In this document: in pieces, positions 23,641-34,213 of the stretch
Position numbering within the stretch: the first letter of the stretch is position 1
How the letters are laid out: each line of letters opens with the position of its first letter
Source of the DNA: Naegleria gruberi
Lineage: Eukaryota
Strand: one strand, 5' to 3'
Assembly (NCBI GenBank): GCA_000004985.1
Contig: GG738849.1
DNA length: 64,000 nucleotides
Program-made: the position numbers and the translations under genes
Notes under the pieces: model-generated
What the model was told of the DNA's origin: nothing
What the model saw: the letters and a program-made list of their open reading frames with translations, nothing else
The model's database searches: none

Positions 23641-26604
23641 TCATTTTAATTGTTTGTGACTGGCATTACTTGTGTTCAGTTTGGAATTAATTTTGTGTAA
23701 AGATCTTGGAGAGACAGTTCCCTGTTTGATAATATTCAATTCCTCACTCTTTTTAAGAATTTTCCTCTCAACATCTGGATCAATATCTTTAATTTCCTTT
23801 CTCTTCTTATCTATTAAAACTTTCTTAATAAATGACTCAGATAATAGCTTTGGTTTTACAGAAAAACTGAAACTTTTTTCTGAAGCTGACAAACCAGATC
23901 TTGGTGACTCGTCGTGGAATTCATTTTCCCATTTCTCTAACAGAGTCATTTCCTTCTTTTCATTTTTCATTTTGAAATGAGTTTTCTTATTGTAAATTAC
24001 TGTATTTGAGAAGAGTCCATCTCCGCCTACAGGTTTAACAAATGATTCACTTTCTTTTTTGTATAGTATATGATTGGTTATTCCTTCATCCTGTTTGGCA
24101 GTGAGAAATTCTCTTAATCTGTGTTGAGTATCGACACTACTTGGCTGATGAGGAATACCTCCAATCAAGCCGTCCAAATACCCGCTATAGAAATGTTTGT
24201 GACGTAGGGGGACATAGTTTCGTGTTGGACGGTTGCCTGACTTGATTTTGAAGCTAAGATTGTGATCAGAAACTTGGGTGATTAAGCAATCCACCAGATC
24301 GTGATTTTCCTTCTTTTCTCGCACAAATGAAAGGAGGAATAGTAGAAATCTTTGAATTTTTGAAAAGAGTAGATATTTCCTCATTTTCTTCTTCCTTTCC
24401 TTCTCGAAAAATTGAAGGAAAATTCTGATAAATTGGGAAAAGGATTGAATATTCGAAAAGCAAATATTATTTCCAAAATCCAAATGTTTGTGACCACTAA
24501 CAATGGATCGTTCATGTCTAATCAACAATTCCTCCATTACATCTGGAGAATATTTACAAAATTCTAGTAATCCTTTGGCAGAAACTGATTTCAAATGGCT
24601 CAACAAGTTACTATTACAAAAAATTAAAATATAATGTTCTGCTACCATTTCCAAATCTAAATTACTCCAAATGTGGTCTTTGGAGAGAATATTTGTCAAC
24701 ATTTGGAAACAACTTATACGCTGATACAGATAGCTGTTGTAATCTTCATTACATCTGATAACATTGAGTGCCTTACTGTACAAAATGTTCCAAAAATCAA
24801 ATATTGGTGAGTTGGCTATTACATTAAAATACTTAATTATCTAAACACTATATGAGTCAACTTACAATGTTGTGCATAAGCAGCAATAAGTGCAACTACC
24901 TTTCCAGAAAGACTGAAATTAGTAGAGGTGATACTTTCAATAATTCGTTGTAGCTTTTTTTCTGACAAAATTTTCAAATTAGCATTACCAGAGCTTCCCT
25001 TATTGGCTGCAATTGTATTGTTATCATAAATATTTTCCAAATAACAACAACTTACCACTATTTACATAGGATATAACAATATTTAGGCAGAGAATTATCT
25101 TTTTCTGATCATGATTTTGACTTTCTAGAATATCCAACATTTTGTTAATGGCTCCAGAATGCATGAAATATAATCTAAACTCTTGTGTATCAGAAATGTC
25201 TGATAGAATATGTAAAACCCCCATAAACACATCGTATTCATCAATGTCAGTATGTGATGTTGTTATGAAACAATTCACTGCTGCCTTTACAATCCCATAC
25301 TGTTTCACAAAAATTGTGGCATATTCCTTATTTCTTAACATTCTGGCAAGGGTTTTCACTCCCCAATATTTTGAAGTTCTATCTTTGAAAGCTAATTGTG
25401 GGGAAAGTATATCGCCACCACCTGCATCAATAATTTCCTTCTGGAATCTTTCTATGGCTGACATGTGGTACACTACTTCGTCGCAAACTCGTCTCACATC
25501 CCTTGAGATTGTTTCCTTGATAGTTGTCAATAGAGATGGTACAAAAGTTGTGGAGAAGAGGTGAGACTTTTCATAGATCCAATCCTTCTTTACAAATGAT
25601 CTGAGAACAACAACTTGAATGAGCTCGCATGAATTTGATCTCAAAATCCATTCTACAAATTCCAAGTTTTGATATCTATCAATAAGAGCTATAATCTTGT
25701 GTTGTTTGGATTCTCTCACTATACAATCAAATGTCTTGGCAATACAGTGTTTGGTTAAATAGTCACGTTCTTGATATCTGTTCATCAAAAATACTATCAT
25801 TTGATGGTTGTCCAGAAATGGATCAATCGTGTACTGATTATTAATTAAATTGAAACAAGTATTGGCAGCTGATCTTTTCGTCTCCACATGAGTAATGGAG
25901 GTGTTCATGAGTGATCTCAACATATTGACCAATTCTAATTTTTCTGCATGCATCATACTCACAGCAATTTTCTCAAATTTTGTAAAATTACCAAATACTT
26001 TAGCTATCAAATCAACCATTGTAATATCTACTTCTCTGTATCCTTCTATATGTTTCCTCAATACATCCCCCAATAGTTCCAATCCCCAAACTTCAATCAC
26101 TCTCGAAGCACAATCTCCTCTCAAATCAGACATGGCAAGAGTTTTAAAAACTTCTTGCAATAGTTCAATATTTTGTTCCTTTTTAAGGAGACACATTATT
26201 GGAAGGAGAGCTCCATCAGAAACAAATCTTCCACTGCTACAAGGATGTTGAGCTAATAATCCAGCACATCTAACTGCCACTATCTGACATGGAACATTCA
26301 TTGATGAAATAATTGGTGCCAACACTTTGAAACATTGTTTTTCCTTAACCAATTTCTGAGTATATTCCTTCTCCTTCGCCAAATTACATAATGCCATCAA
26401 ACAATACTGAATAATTTGTAAATTCTCTACATTTCCAATTAGATGTAAGATGGCATCCAAGGCATCAATGACCAATAAGAGCTTTGTTTTCTGCTCCGAT
26501 AAATAAAAAAACAATTTACTACTCTCCAATTTAGAATCCTCTCCTCCTTTAAACGAAATTAAAATGTAATGATCGATGGTTCCTCCCGAAGTATTGGCTC
26601 TCAT
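23641..26604 (-). CDS. Large armadillo/HEAT-repeat protein, 3 exons (about 955 aa), function unknown
   Basis: Exon A is 26604..about 25036 (ARM-like helical repeats). Exon B is about 24988..24852 (ANKGSSGNANLKILSEKK...AAYAQH). Exon C is about 24801..23641. The introns are about 47-50 nt (GTAAGT..TTGCAG, GTAAGT..GTAATAG) and phases are consistent with the ORF-track frames. Intron edges are approximate. Confidence 0.5.
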
Positions 26605-26831
26605 TATTATGATTTAAAATTATTATTATTATATTAATATTGTATTTAAACTACTATCAATCATAATCAGTTTCTTTCTTTTATTCTAAAATACTTGAAA
26701 TCTGTAATAAAACGGTTGAAAATTCAGTTAGAGATAACATCCTTTGATGGAGGTTTCTTGTTTAATCTTTAAATTTTCAAATTTATAGCCGTTTATGAAG
26801 AGTTTCATTTTTTATTAATTAAATAAGAAAA

Positions 26832-27169
26832 ATGTCTAAATGGCAAGAGAAGTGGAAACGTTCGGAGAGGGAAGAAGTAGACAATATGAAAAAGAAGGAT
26901 ATTACCTCTCCAGATAATATTGTTTGTATTTTTCAATAATATATATTTTAATATTTAATTTCAAAATTAATGCAAATATTATACAAATTAAATATGTATT
27001 ATATTAAAAATAGTTTACACTTGTATTGGGTGTTGGTATCATTGGATTGGGTGCTTTATTATTTAATACTTTTTTTGCTAACGTAGACAGTGATGGAAAT
27101 GAAATCAAGGTAAAAGCAATCACTGCCGATTATGATAACACTGTTTATCATCCCGAAGAGGAACTCTAG
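26832..27169 (+). CDS. Small single-pass membrane protein (81 aa), 2 exons, not in the ORF track
   Basis: Exons are 26832..26921 and 27014..27169; donor GTTTGT, acceptor AAATAG. The product is MSKWQEKWKRSEREEVDNMKKKDITSPDNI|FTLVLGVGIIGLGALLFNTFFANVDSDGNEIKVKAITADYDNTVYHPEEEL: a basic N-terminus, one TM helix and an acidic tail. Confidence 0.3.
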
Positions 27170-27259
27170 AAGAAGAGAATTTGAATTACAATTTTTCATC
27201 ATGTGAGAACACTGTGAGATAATGGATCATTGATGAATTGATGAAGAATTTGATGGGCA

Positions 27260-29737
27260 ATGAACTTGGATCTATGCATACTGGCATGTTCGTCAACAGA
27301 CAAAACACAACAATTAAAAATGTCAGCACTTCAACCATCTGTGGAACCCATTCGATTTATTGGTCAGAAATCAGAGAGTGGCAATACACCAACAATAAAT
27401 GTTCCATTTAAATCTATTGTTAGTCATGCAATGGCATCAACTATTGTGGATCCGTTCAGTAATAAGAATGAAGATATTCCCTTCTCTCTCTTTCTATTTG
27501 GTGGTCAGATAAATAACAAAAGAAGTGACGGAATGTTTGAGTGTCGTATTGAAAAGATGGTTGCCTATGATGAGAAGGAAGTTCAAGATTTATTATTGGA
27601 AACAAAAGTTGCCAATAATTCAATGTTGACCATTACAGAATTTATCACTTGTGAGAAGAGGGATGGTTGTTGGCCATCTGCTCGATCTCATCATCAAATG
27701 GTTTATAGACCACCTAATGATGAACATATTGATGGAAGTTTGGTTTTATTTGGTGGACAAGATAGTCAATTTAAAGCACTTGGAGATTTATATGAATTTG
27801 ATATTCATACTAGAGAGTGGAAACAAATAGTTGAACAATCTGGTCAATTGTGGCCTACTCGTAGACATGGACATTCAATGATATATAGACCTAGTAAGGA
27901 CAGTCTTGTAATTTTGGGAGGTGTTGATACACTAAACAGAACTATTTTTGAACCATTCGAATATCTATTCCCTGAAAAAAAATGGAAAAAGATTGAATTA
28001 ATAGCCAAGACTGGTAGTGCACTCTCCCTGACAAGCACTTCCTCTATTGATCCACTCTGTTTAAGGCCTCGTGCTAATCATTCTGCTGTTTTGTACAATG
28101 CTCAAAATTCAAGATTTGTTCAATTTCACACTTTGAACAATGCAGAAACTGTTGAGGATGGAACTCAAGATGTTATGATTATATTTGGAGGTAATAATGA
28201 ACAGGATTATTACAATGACATGTTTTCTATCAATCTTGGTACTTTGAACGTCGATATTATTATGAGTTCGCATCGTATTAATGTCTATCCTCGAATGAAA
28301 CATACGTGCATTATTACACGAGGTGAAAAGGCCTTGGTTATTGGTGGAAACAGAAAAGCCAGATATGATGAAATGAAAGTCGTCTCTGGAAAGACTTCAA
28401 AATCATTCTTCATGAGTGTTTTGGGAAGTATAGCACCAAAATCCAGCATTGATGCACCAATTCTCAATGGAATGGTAGCCAGAAATTTAATTACCGATTT
28501 TACTGTTAAAAATCAAGAAGCAGAACTTGATTTTAATGACATTTCACATCATACCACATGCAGTGTTTCTCCTTCATGCTTTATCTTTGTTGGTGGTCAA
28601 TTCAATAATGTTGGCGAAAAGATGACCACCAATACAAAGAATGACAAGATTTGGGTTTGCAATTTGGGTCAGTACTCTGAAACTATTGAAAAATTACAGA
28701 ATGCTGAACAAAAGAAAGAATTTGGAAAGGAGTTTTACAGAAGAATGCTAGACAATTTGGGAGAGTATGGACCTATCGGATATGATTTGAGAGTTAACGT
28801 ACTCAATGAAAAGACGTTCCTTGTTCACAAATTTATGCTCTCCAGATTTGAATATTTTAGAAAGCTCATCAAAGAACACTCCTCTCATCAAGTTGGAGGC
28901 ATTGTTGAGATACCAATTTCTGATGCTTCAGTTGATACAATCAGTAATGTCATTGACTACATTTATGGTATTGAACCACCAGTTTTTAGCAATCCAGAAG
29001 AAGTCCAAATCCTGACCAAATATTGTGAGAAACACTCTATGGGATCAATTGTCAAATATACTCATGGAAAGGTTTATCTCCAAAGATCGGATTATGAATC
29101 CTACTTGCCAGAAATTCAATTACTTTTATTCTTCAAGAGAGTGTACATGGGAGAATTCCCTGAATTGCATCAATATTTCAATTCTACTGTTCGTCTAATT
29201 ACTCAAGGTGAAAATGCAGAAAACACCAATATTGATATTCAACTTCCTTTGCAAATTCTTGTAAATAATGATTTTTTCCATGGATGTTTAAGAGACTTGT
29301 ATATCAAACACAAACTGCACGGTCAAGATTCTCAAAATTACATTATTGAAATTGATAATTCAATTTTCCCATTCCTCGACACTAGCTATTTTCCAATTAT
29401 TGAAAGATATATTGCCACTCTCTATCAGGCACCAGTTCATATTTTTAGCTCTGAAGGAGAAGCTGTAGTTTCACAACTCATTCAATTATATTTGGTCAGT
29501 AATTTATTGAGTGATACATATATGGAAGTATTGATTATGGACTCAATCAAGAGAAGAATTTCATTTGAAAATGCATTCCAATTGTTATGTTTTGCTTATC
29601 AACATCAATCACCTAATGAAGTTGTATTCATTTACAATGAATGTATTCGAAAGTTGAAGGAAGTTATTCCGTTGGAAGATGTGAACAAAATAATCAATTT
29701 CCTCAATCAAGAATACGCCAAACAATTTGATATTTAA
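27260..29737 (+). CDS. Kelch-repeat protein with C-terminal BTB/POZ domain(s) (LZTR1-like order: Kelch then BTB)
   Basis: 825-aa ORF with ATG at 27260. The N-terminal half has six Kelch-type blades (LFGGQ, LVLFGG, LVILGG, IIFGG, ALVIGG, IFVGG). The C-terminal half has a BTB (YDLRVNVLNEKTFLVHKFMLSRFEYFRKLIK) and a second BTB/BACK-like region. Confidence 0.7.
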   Translation: MNLDLCILACSSTDKTQQLKMSALQPSVEPIRFIGQKSESGNTPTINVPFKSIVSHAMASTIVDPFSNKNEDIPFSLFLFGGQINNKRSDGMFECRIEKMVAYDEKEVQDLLLETKVANNSMLTITEFITCEKRDGCWPSARSHHQMVYRPPNDEHIDGSLVLFGGQDSQFKALGDLYEFDIHTREWKQIVEQSGQLWPTRRHGHSMIYRPSKDSLVILGGVDTLNRTIFEPFEYLFPEKKWKKIELIAKTGSALSLTSTSSIDPLCLRPRANHSAVLYNAQNSRFVQFHTLNNAETVEDGTQDVMIIFGGNNEQDYYNDMFSINLGTLNVDIIMSSHRINVYPRMKHTCIITRGEKALVIGGNRKARYDEMKVVSGKTSKSFFMSVLGSIAPKSSIDAPILNGMVARNLITDFTVKNQEAELDFNDISHHTTCSVSPSCFIFVGGQFNNVGEKMTTNTKNDKIWVCNLGQYSETIEKLQNAEQKKEFGKEFYRRMLDNLGEYGPIGYDLRVNVLNEKTFLVHKFMLSRFEYFRKLIKEHSSHQVGGIVEIPISDASVDTISNVIDYIYGIEPPVFSNPEEVQILTKYCEKHSMGSIVKYTHGKVYLQRSDYESYLPEIQLLLFFKRVYMGEFPELHQYFNSTVRLITQGENAENTNIDIQLPLQILVNNDFFHGCLRDLYIKHKLHGQDSQNYIIEIDNSIFPFLDTSYFPIIERYIATLYQAPVHIFSSEGEAVVSQLIQLYLVSNLLSDTYMEVLIMDSIKRRISFENAFQLLCFAYQHQSPNEVVFIYNECIRKLKEVIPLEDVNKIINFLNQEYAKQFDI

Positions 29738-29860
29738 TAATAAACATGTAGCATTTCCATAATAATAACAAACCAAAAGAGGTACTGTTATCTTGGATTC
29801 TATCCATGTAGATTATCACAACGAGAAAATTTCCAAACAAAAAAGCCAAAACAAAAAACA

Positions 29861-30661
29861 ATGGTAGAATCTTCATTAAGTATCACAGACGGTATTGAAT
29901 GGTTGAAGCAAGAACATCAACTTATCAGACAATTATTCGATTCATGGCATAACTCTCACATACAGCACGAACGAAATGCTATCGTTGAAAAGTTTATCAG
30001 TGAAATCTGTATCCATGCAAGTATTGAGGAAAGATATGTCTATCCATTAATTGAGGAGAAAGTTCGTGGTAGATATGGTAAACTATTATCAGATAGAAAC
30101 TATCTCGATGACCAATTGAATAAGGAAATGCTTCAATTCCTAATGGACAATGTCAATGAATTGAAGAATGATAATGAAAGAAACATGTTCAATAAGGTAG
30201 TTGAGAAATTCATCACCATTGAAACTGATCACTTGAAACAAGAGGAGGATGATGTCTTTCCACTCTTGAAATTAGCACTCACATCTCAAGAGCTGAAAGA
30301 AATGTGTGACAATCTCAAGAATGGACGAACATCAGCTCCAACTCATCCTCATCCAATGAGCCCAATGAAGTTTGGTAGTAAAATCTTGCATCCAATTGCT
30401 GGAGCATTCGATAAGATTATGGATAATATGGGAATGGGTCTGAATCAACATTTAGATTTACCTCCACTTACTGAAACAATTGAAGAATCTGTCAGCACTC
30501 AAGCAAAACCATTATTGGAATTTGATACTCCAACTACAATTGGAAATGTTGAGAGTAAGCAAATGACTGATGTACCATTGACTACCTTGCAAGAACCAAA
30601 ACAAAAACAACCAATCTATGTGGAGAATGAATCAATTTTCGATACTCCTTCTAATTTGTAA
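29861..30661 (+). CDS. Hemerythrin-like (HHE cation-binding) domain protein
   Basis: 266-aa ORF. It has two H-x(3)-E-containing helical pairs (WLKQEHQLIRQLFDSWH..., IHASIEERYVYPLIEE, HLKQEEDDVFPLL). Confidence 0.55.
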   Translation: MVESSLSITDGIEWLKQEHQLIRQLFDSWHNSHIQHERNAIVEKFISEICIHASIEERYVYPLIEEKVRGRYGKLLSDRNYLDDQLNKEMLQFLMDNVNELKNDNERNMFNKVVEKFITIETDHLKQEEDDVFPLLKLALTSQELKEMCDNLKNGRTSAPTHPHPMSPMKFGSKILHPIAGAFDKIMDNMGMGLNQHLDLPPLTETIEESVSTQAKPLLEFDTPTTIGNVESKQMTDVPLTTLQEPKQKQPIYVENESIFDTPSNL

Positions 30662-30765
30662 ATATCTTGAATAAAAAACTGCATTGCAAATCTATTGTTT
30701 CAATCTTTGTTCATTCCTTGACATTTCAATTCATTTGGTTGTTATTTCATTACAGAACTGTTGGT

Positions 30766-32538
30766 TTATTTCTTTTTGGGATTGAAAGAATGAAAAGTCA
30801 AACCTGTTGATTGATCCTTAATAGGTTGTTCTGTCTGGTCAAATGAGTGGAAAGTCCAAGAAGAGGAAGAAATACTAGCCGAATGCATGTTTGATTTCTT
30901 AGGAGATTGTTCAGCAGAATTAACGGATGGATAGTTTGCAACAATTTGAATGGGTTGTGAATTATTGTTCGTCCAAACAGGAGGAGCAGTACCACTAACA
31001 ATCTGTATTGTTGTTGCAGGTTTTCTTTCCTGTTGTGTTGAATTTGCAACATTGTTAGCAGTGGTACCTGTTGCTGCTGAGACATTCTTATTGGAAAGTG
31101 ATGATTGCTGACTATTCGATTGTTGTTGTTGAATTGATAGAGTATTACTTGGAACACAACCTTCAAAATCAGAATTTGTAAAGGTTGGGAAATTGCTAGT
31201 TACAATAGATTTAGATGATTTGCTAACCTTGGCAGCTGAACCTTCTACATTATTTCCTGTGCTGTTTCTCTTTTTTGGATTTGGTGAATCGCTATTCTTC
31301 ATCATTATTTGATTGGATGGCATGTAATCAATGTGTGATAATGGTTGTGCATAATTATTGGAATAGTCAGTAATTTTGAATTGACCTAAAGGAGGTTGAG
31401 AAACGTGGAATTGATGAGTAATATTCTTAGTAGCATTAGTTTGATTATTATTATTTACAATTTGAGTGGACGGTTGTGCCTTAATTGGTTCATAATTTGA
31501 AAATTGAATTGTTTGTGACTGATTAGTGGAAGGTTGATAGTTTGTAAATTTAGTATTGTTTGTTTTTTTCAGTGATGTTACATTTGGTTGTTGCACTGTT
31601 TGCTGTTCTGATAAATTAATTGTTGACATCATTGGTGGAGAAGATTGAATTGGTTGTTGTGGTTGTGGATTTGCAAAATTATGAAATGTAAAATTGTTTG
31701 GAATGTTTGATTCTTTTGGTTTGTTGTTCTTCTTCTTGGATTGACCTGGTTGCATGGGAGACGATTGATTGACTTGTTCAACAAAAACCAGTGGTTGATT
31801 ATTTATCATTACCTGTTCCGAAATGGTAGTAGTTGTAATAGTGTTATTACCAATTGATTGTTGTTGAATTCGTTGTTGATGTTGTGGTTCAAAGACTTGT
31901 TGAGAATCATTTCCTCCTTGTTTGTTGAAATTATGGAACACTAGAGTTGTATTCATTCCATTGTTATTATTATTGGATGACATCAATGTTGTCTTTGATT
32001 GTTGTTGTTGAATGGATATCATATTATTAGAAGATGGAAGGAGGGAATAATTATTATTCAATGATGGTGATGATGTACTAGTGGTGGTGGTTATGATTGT
32101 TTGTTGTAAATTATTGTTATCCTCTCCATTCTGATTGATGGAGGATGTATTATTTCTATTCAGCATTGAAAGTATCACCGATTGATTGTTATTATTACTT
32201 GCACTCATCAGCATGATATTATTATTAGTCTTATTAATATTCATTTGTATCGATGGTGGTATATTCTCAAGAGTGTTGTTATCTTTTGATTGAATTGTTG
32301 ATGTGATTGTTGTTGTTGGTGGTGGTGGTTGATAGTTTACATTTGAACAAGTATCATTGGTAAGGGTTTCTTCCCCTCCGCTTATTGGTAGAGTTGTTAA
32401 GTTATCATTGGTGGAAGCTTCTACATTCTGACCATCAGATGGTTCCATGACATTCCTCAGCAATGATGATGCCGATTCTGATTCTGATGCTGGCGATGGT
32501 GCAATATTATTGAATTGCTGACTTGTTGCTTGGCTCAT
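30766..32538 (-). CDS. Q/N/S/T-rich low-complexity (prion-like composition) protein
   Basis: 590-aa ORF with a real ATG at 32538. Long poly-Q/N/T runs are encoded by (CAA/AAC/ACA)n and no globular domain is recognisable. The codon use is coding-like, which is typical of dictyostelid low-complexity proteins. Confidence 0.45.
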   Translation of the reverse strand: MSQATSQQFNNIAPSPASESESASSLLRNVMEPSDGQNVEASTNDNLTTLPISGGEETLTNDTCSNVNYQPPPPTTTITSTIQSKDNNTLENIPPSIQMNINKTNNNIMLMSASNNNNQSVILSMLNRNNTSSINQNGEDNNNLQQTIITTTTSTSSPSLNNNYSLLPSSNNMISIQQQQSKTTLMSSNNNNNGMNTTLVFHNFNKQGGNDSQQVFEPQHQQRIQQQSIGNNTITTTTISEQVMINNQPLVFVEQVNQSSPMQPGQSKKKNNKPKESNIPNNFTFHNFANPQPQQPIQSSPPMMSTINLSEQQTVQQPNVTSLKKTNNTKFTNYQPSTNQSQTIQFSNYEPIKAQPSTQIVNNNNQTNATKNITHQFHVSQPPLGQFKITDYSNNYAQPLSHIDYMPSNQIMMKNSDSPNPKKRNSTGNNVEGSAAKVSKSSKSIVTSNFPTFTNSDFEGCVPSNTLSIQQQQSNSQQSSLSNKNVSAATGTTANNVANSTQQERKPATTIQIVSGTAPPVWTNNNSQPIQIVANYPSVNSAEQSPKKSNMHSASISSSSWTFHSFDQTEQPIKDQSTGLTFHSFNPKKK

Positions 32539-32719
32539 TTTTTTATGCTATTTGCCATTTGGGTAGGGAAGTACAAATTTGTAGCATGTTCTAAAAAGCT
32601 CAAAAATTCGCAATAAGGAATAAGGGTTTGAATCTTTACAAATAATATTATAATGAGAATAAATTACATGGACAATTAACAATATAATAGGTCATTGTTG
32701 TAATTCGTTAACAATTTTA

Positions 32720-33613
32720 CTAGAGAACGTCCTCATCATCATCAAACATGTTATTTGAACTCATTCCCTCACCAGACATGTCTTCTTCACTGGTGGGTGA
32801 ATTAATAATGTCAATATATATCTCTGATTGTTGCTCTCTTTTAACTAAAAAATCAATTTCAACCTGAGACATTAAGCCATTACCATCAAATGATAAAGTA
32901 TGATTGGTGGCAAATGCTGGTTTGTTTAAATAACTTTGGAAAGTAATCTTTACCTTGACTGTGAAATATCCCCAACCAAATCTTGTCAACTCAAATGGTG
33001 CTTTATCCACAACAACTACATTGGGTTTAAATGTTGGATGAAGTCTATATTCTACACTATGAATGAAATCCGAAACATTCTCTCGACTGTCCATTCTGAC
33101 AAACATGGTCCACTTGTGAATGTTTTGATCCGACCTAGATATTACCGTATGCTCGTTTCCAATAAAGAATGACTTACGAATTGTTTGTGTCTGTACATAT
33201 TCTCTTCTCTCCTTCTCCACTTCCAATCTTCTCATCTCGTATTGTTCTTTAAAAAGCATGGGTAGTACATTCCGAAGTGTTAAAAGAGGACGAATATTCT
33301 TTAACGTAATCAGTGAATTATTACCATCACTGAATGGGGCTCTACAACAGGGACATGCATTCATAGAACCATTACTAGCTAATAATCTTTCAATGCAAAA
33401 TTTACAAAAGGTGTGACCACAGTGGAATCCTACAGGTTCGTATAATAAATTTAAACAGAGTGGACATTCAAAATCTGATATTACCGGATTACTGTTGTTG
33501 TTGTTATTACTACTATTTATCGGAGTGGTGTTATTTCCTGTGCTTGTTTGTTGACGTGATGTGGTTGTTGTTGTTAATGGATTCAGACTGTTGTTATTAT
33601 TATTGATAAACAT
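32720..33613 (-). CDS. RING-finger (C3HC4) + YEATS-domain protein
   Basis: The N-terminus is CPLCLNLLYEPVGFHCGHTFCKFCIERL...CPCCRAP (RING). The C-terminus is HKWTMFVRMDSRENVSDFIHSVEYRLHPTFKPNVVVVDKAPFELTRFGWGYFTVKVKITFQ, matching the YEATS consensus (H-x-W-x-VFVR ... F-x-LH-x-SF ... GWGEF). Confidence 0.75.
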   Translation of the reverse strand: MFINNNNNSLNPLTTTTTSRQQTSTGNNTTPINSSNNNNNSNPVISDFECPLCLNLLYEPVGFHCGHTFCKFCIERLLASNGSMNACPCCRAPFSDGNNSLITLKNIRPLLTLRNVLPMLFKEQYEMRRLEVEKERREYVQTQTIRKSFFIGNEHTVISRSDQNIHKWTMFVRMDSRENVSDFIHSVEYRLHPTFKPNVVVVDKAPFELTRFGWGYFTVKVKITFQSYLNKPAFATNHTLSFDGNGLMSQVEIDFLVKREQQSEIYIDIINSPTSEEDMSGEGMSSNNMFDDDEDVL

Positions 33614-34213
33614 AATTTAAATTAATATTATATTAATGTACAAGGAAAGTTGATGAAAAAATCGAAAAATTGCAAAGCAACAGTTAGGAAATTGCTGCGT
33701 TTACTTTTTTTCTTTTTTTTATTTAAATTCGTTAAACAACATATCAAATTTCTGGTTATAAGCTTGAAACATGTTTTTTGATTAAAGATGACTTGCAAGG
33801 TTCACCACTGAGTTTGTTTGCTTTTTGGTATTATCAAGGAATTTCCTCTCTTATTTACAAATATGATTGGCGCAACAAAGTCATACAATTAAGGGTTTTA
33901 CTTAAGTTCTGTAATTGTAATCAAAATGTTCAGTAGTTAATGTTCTTACTTCGTCGCCAAGTACCCACTATTAATAATAGTCTTGATGGAATCTTACCAA
34001 AGAAATAATAGAAGGTAACTAGAAGGATCGATACCAACAACCATTGGGCACCAACCTTTAATGAACACACCTGCTGTTACCCAGGTAATGAAAAACTTGT
34101 CGATTGGATGAACTAAAAAACACTTTGAAAAAAATATCATCATCGCCAAATTAGCTTGCACAAACAAGTTCGTTGCTGAATCTTTGATTATCCCATAGCA
34201 CTCTAGACATTTA

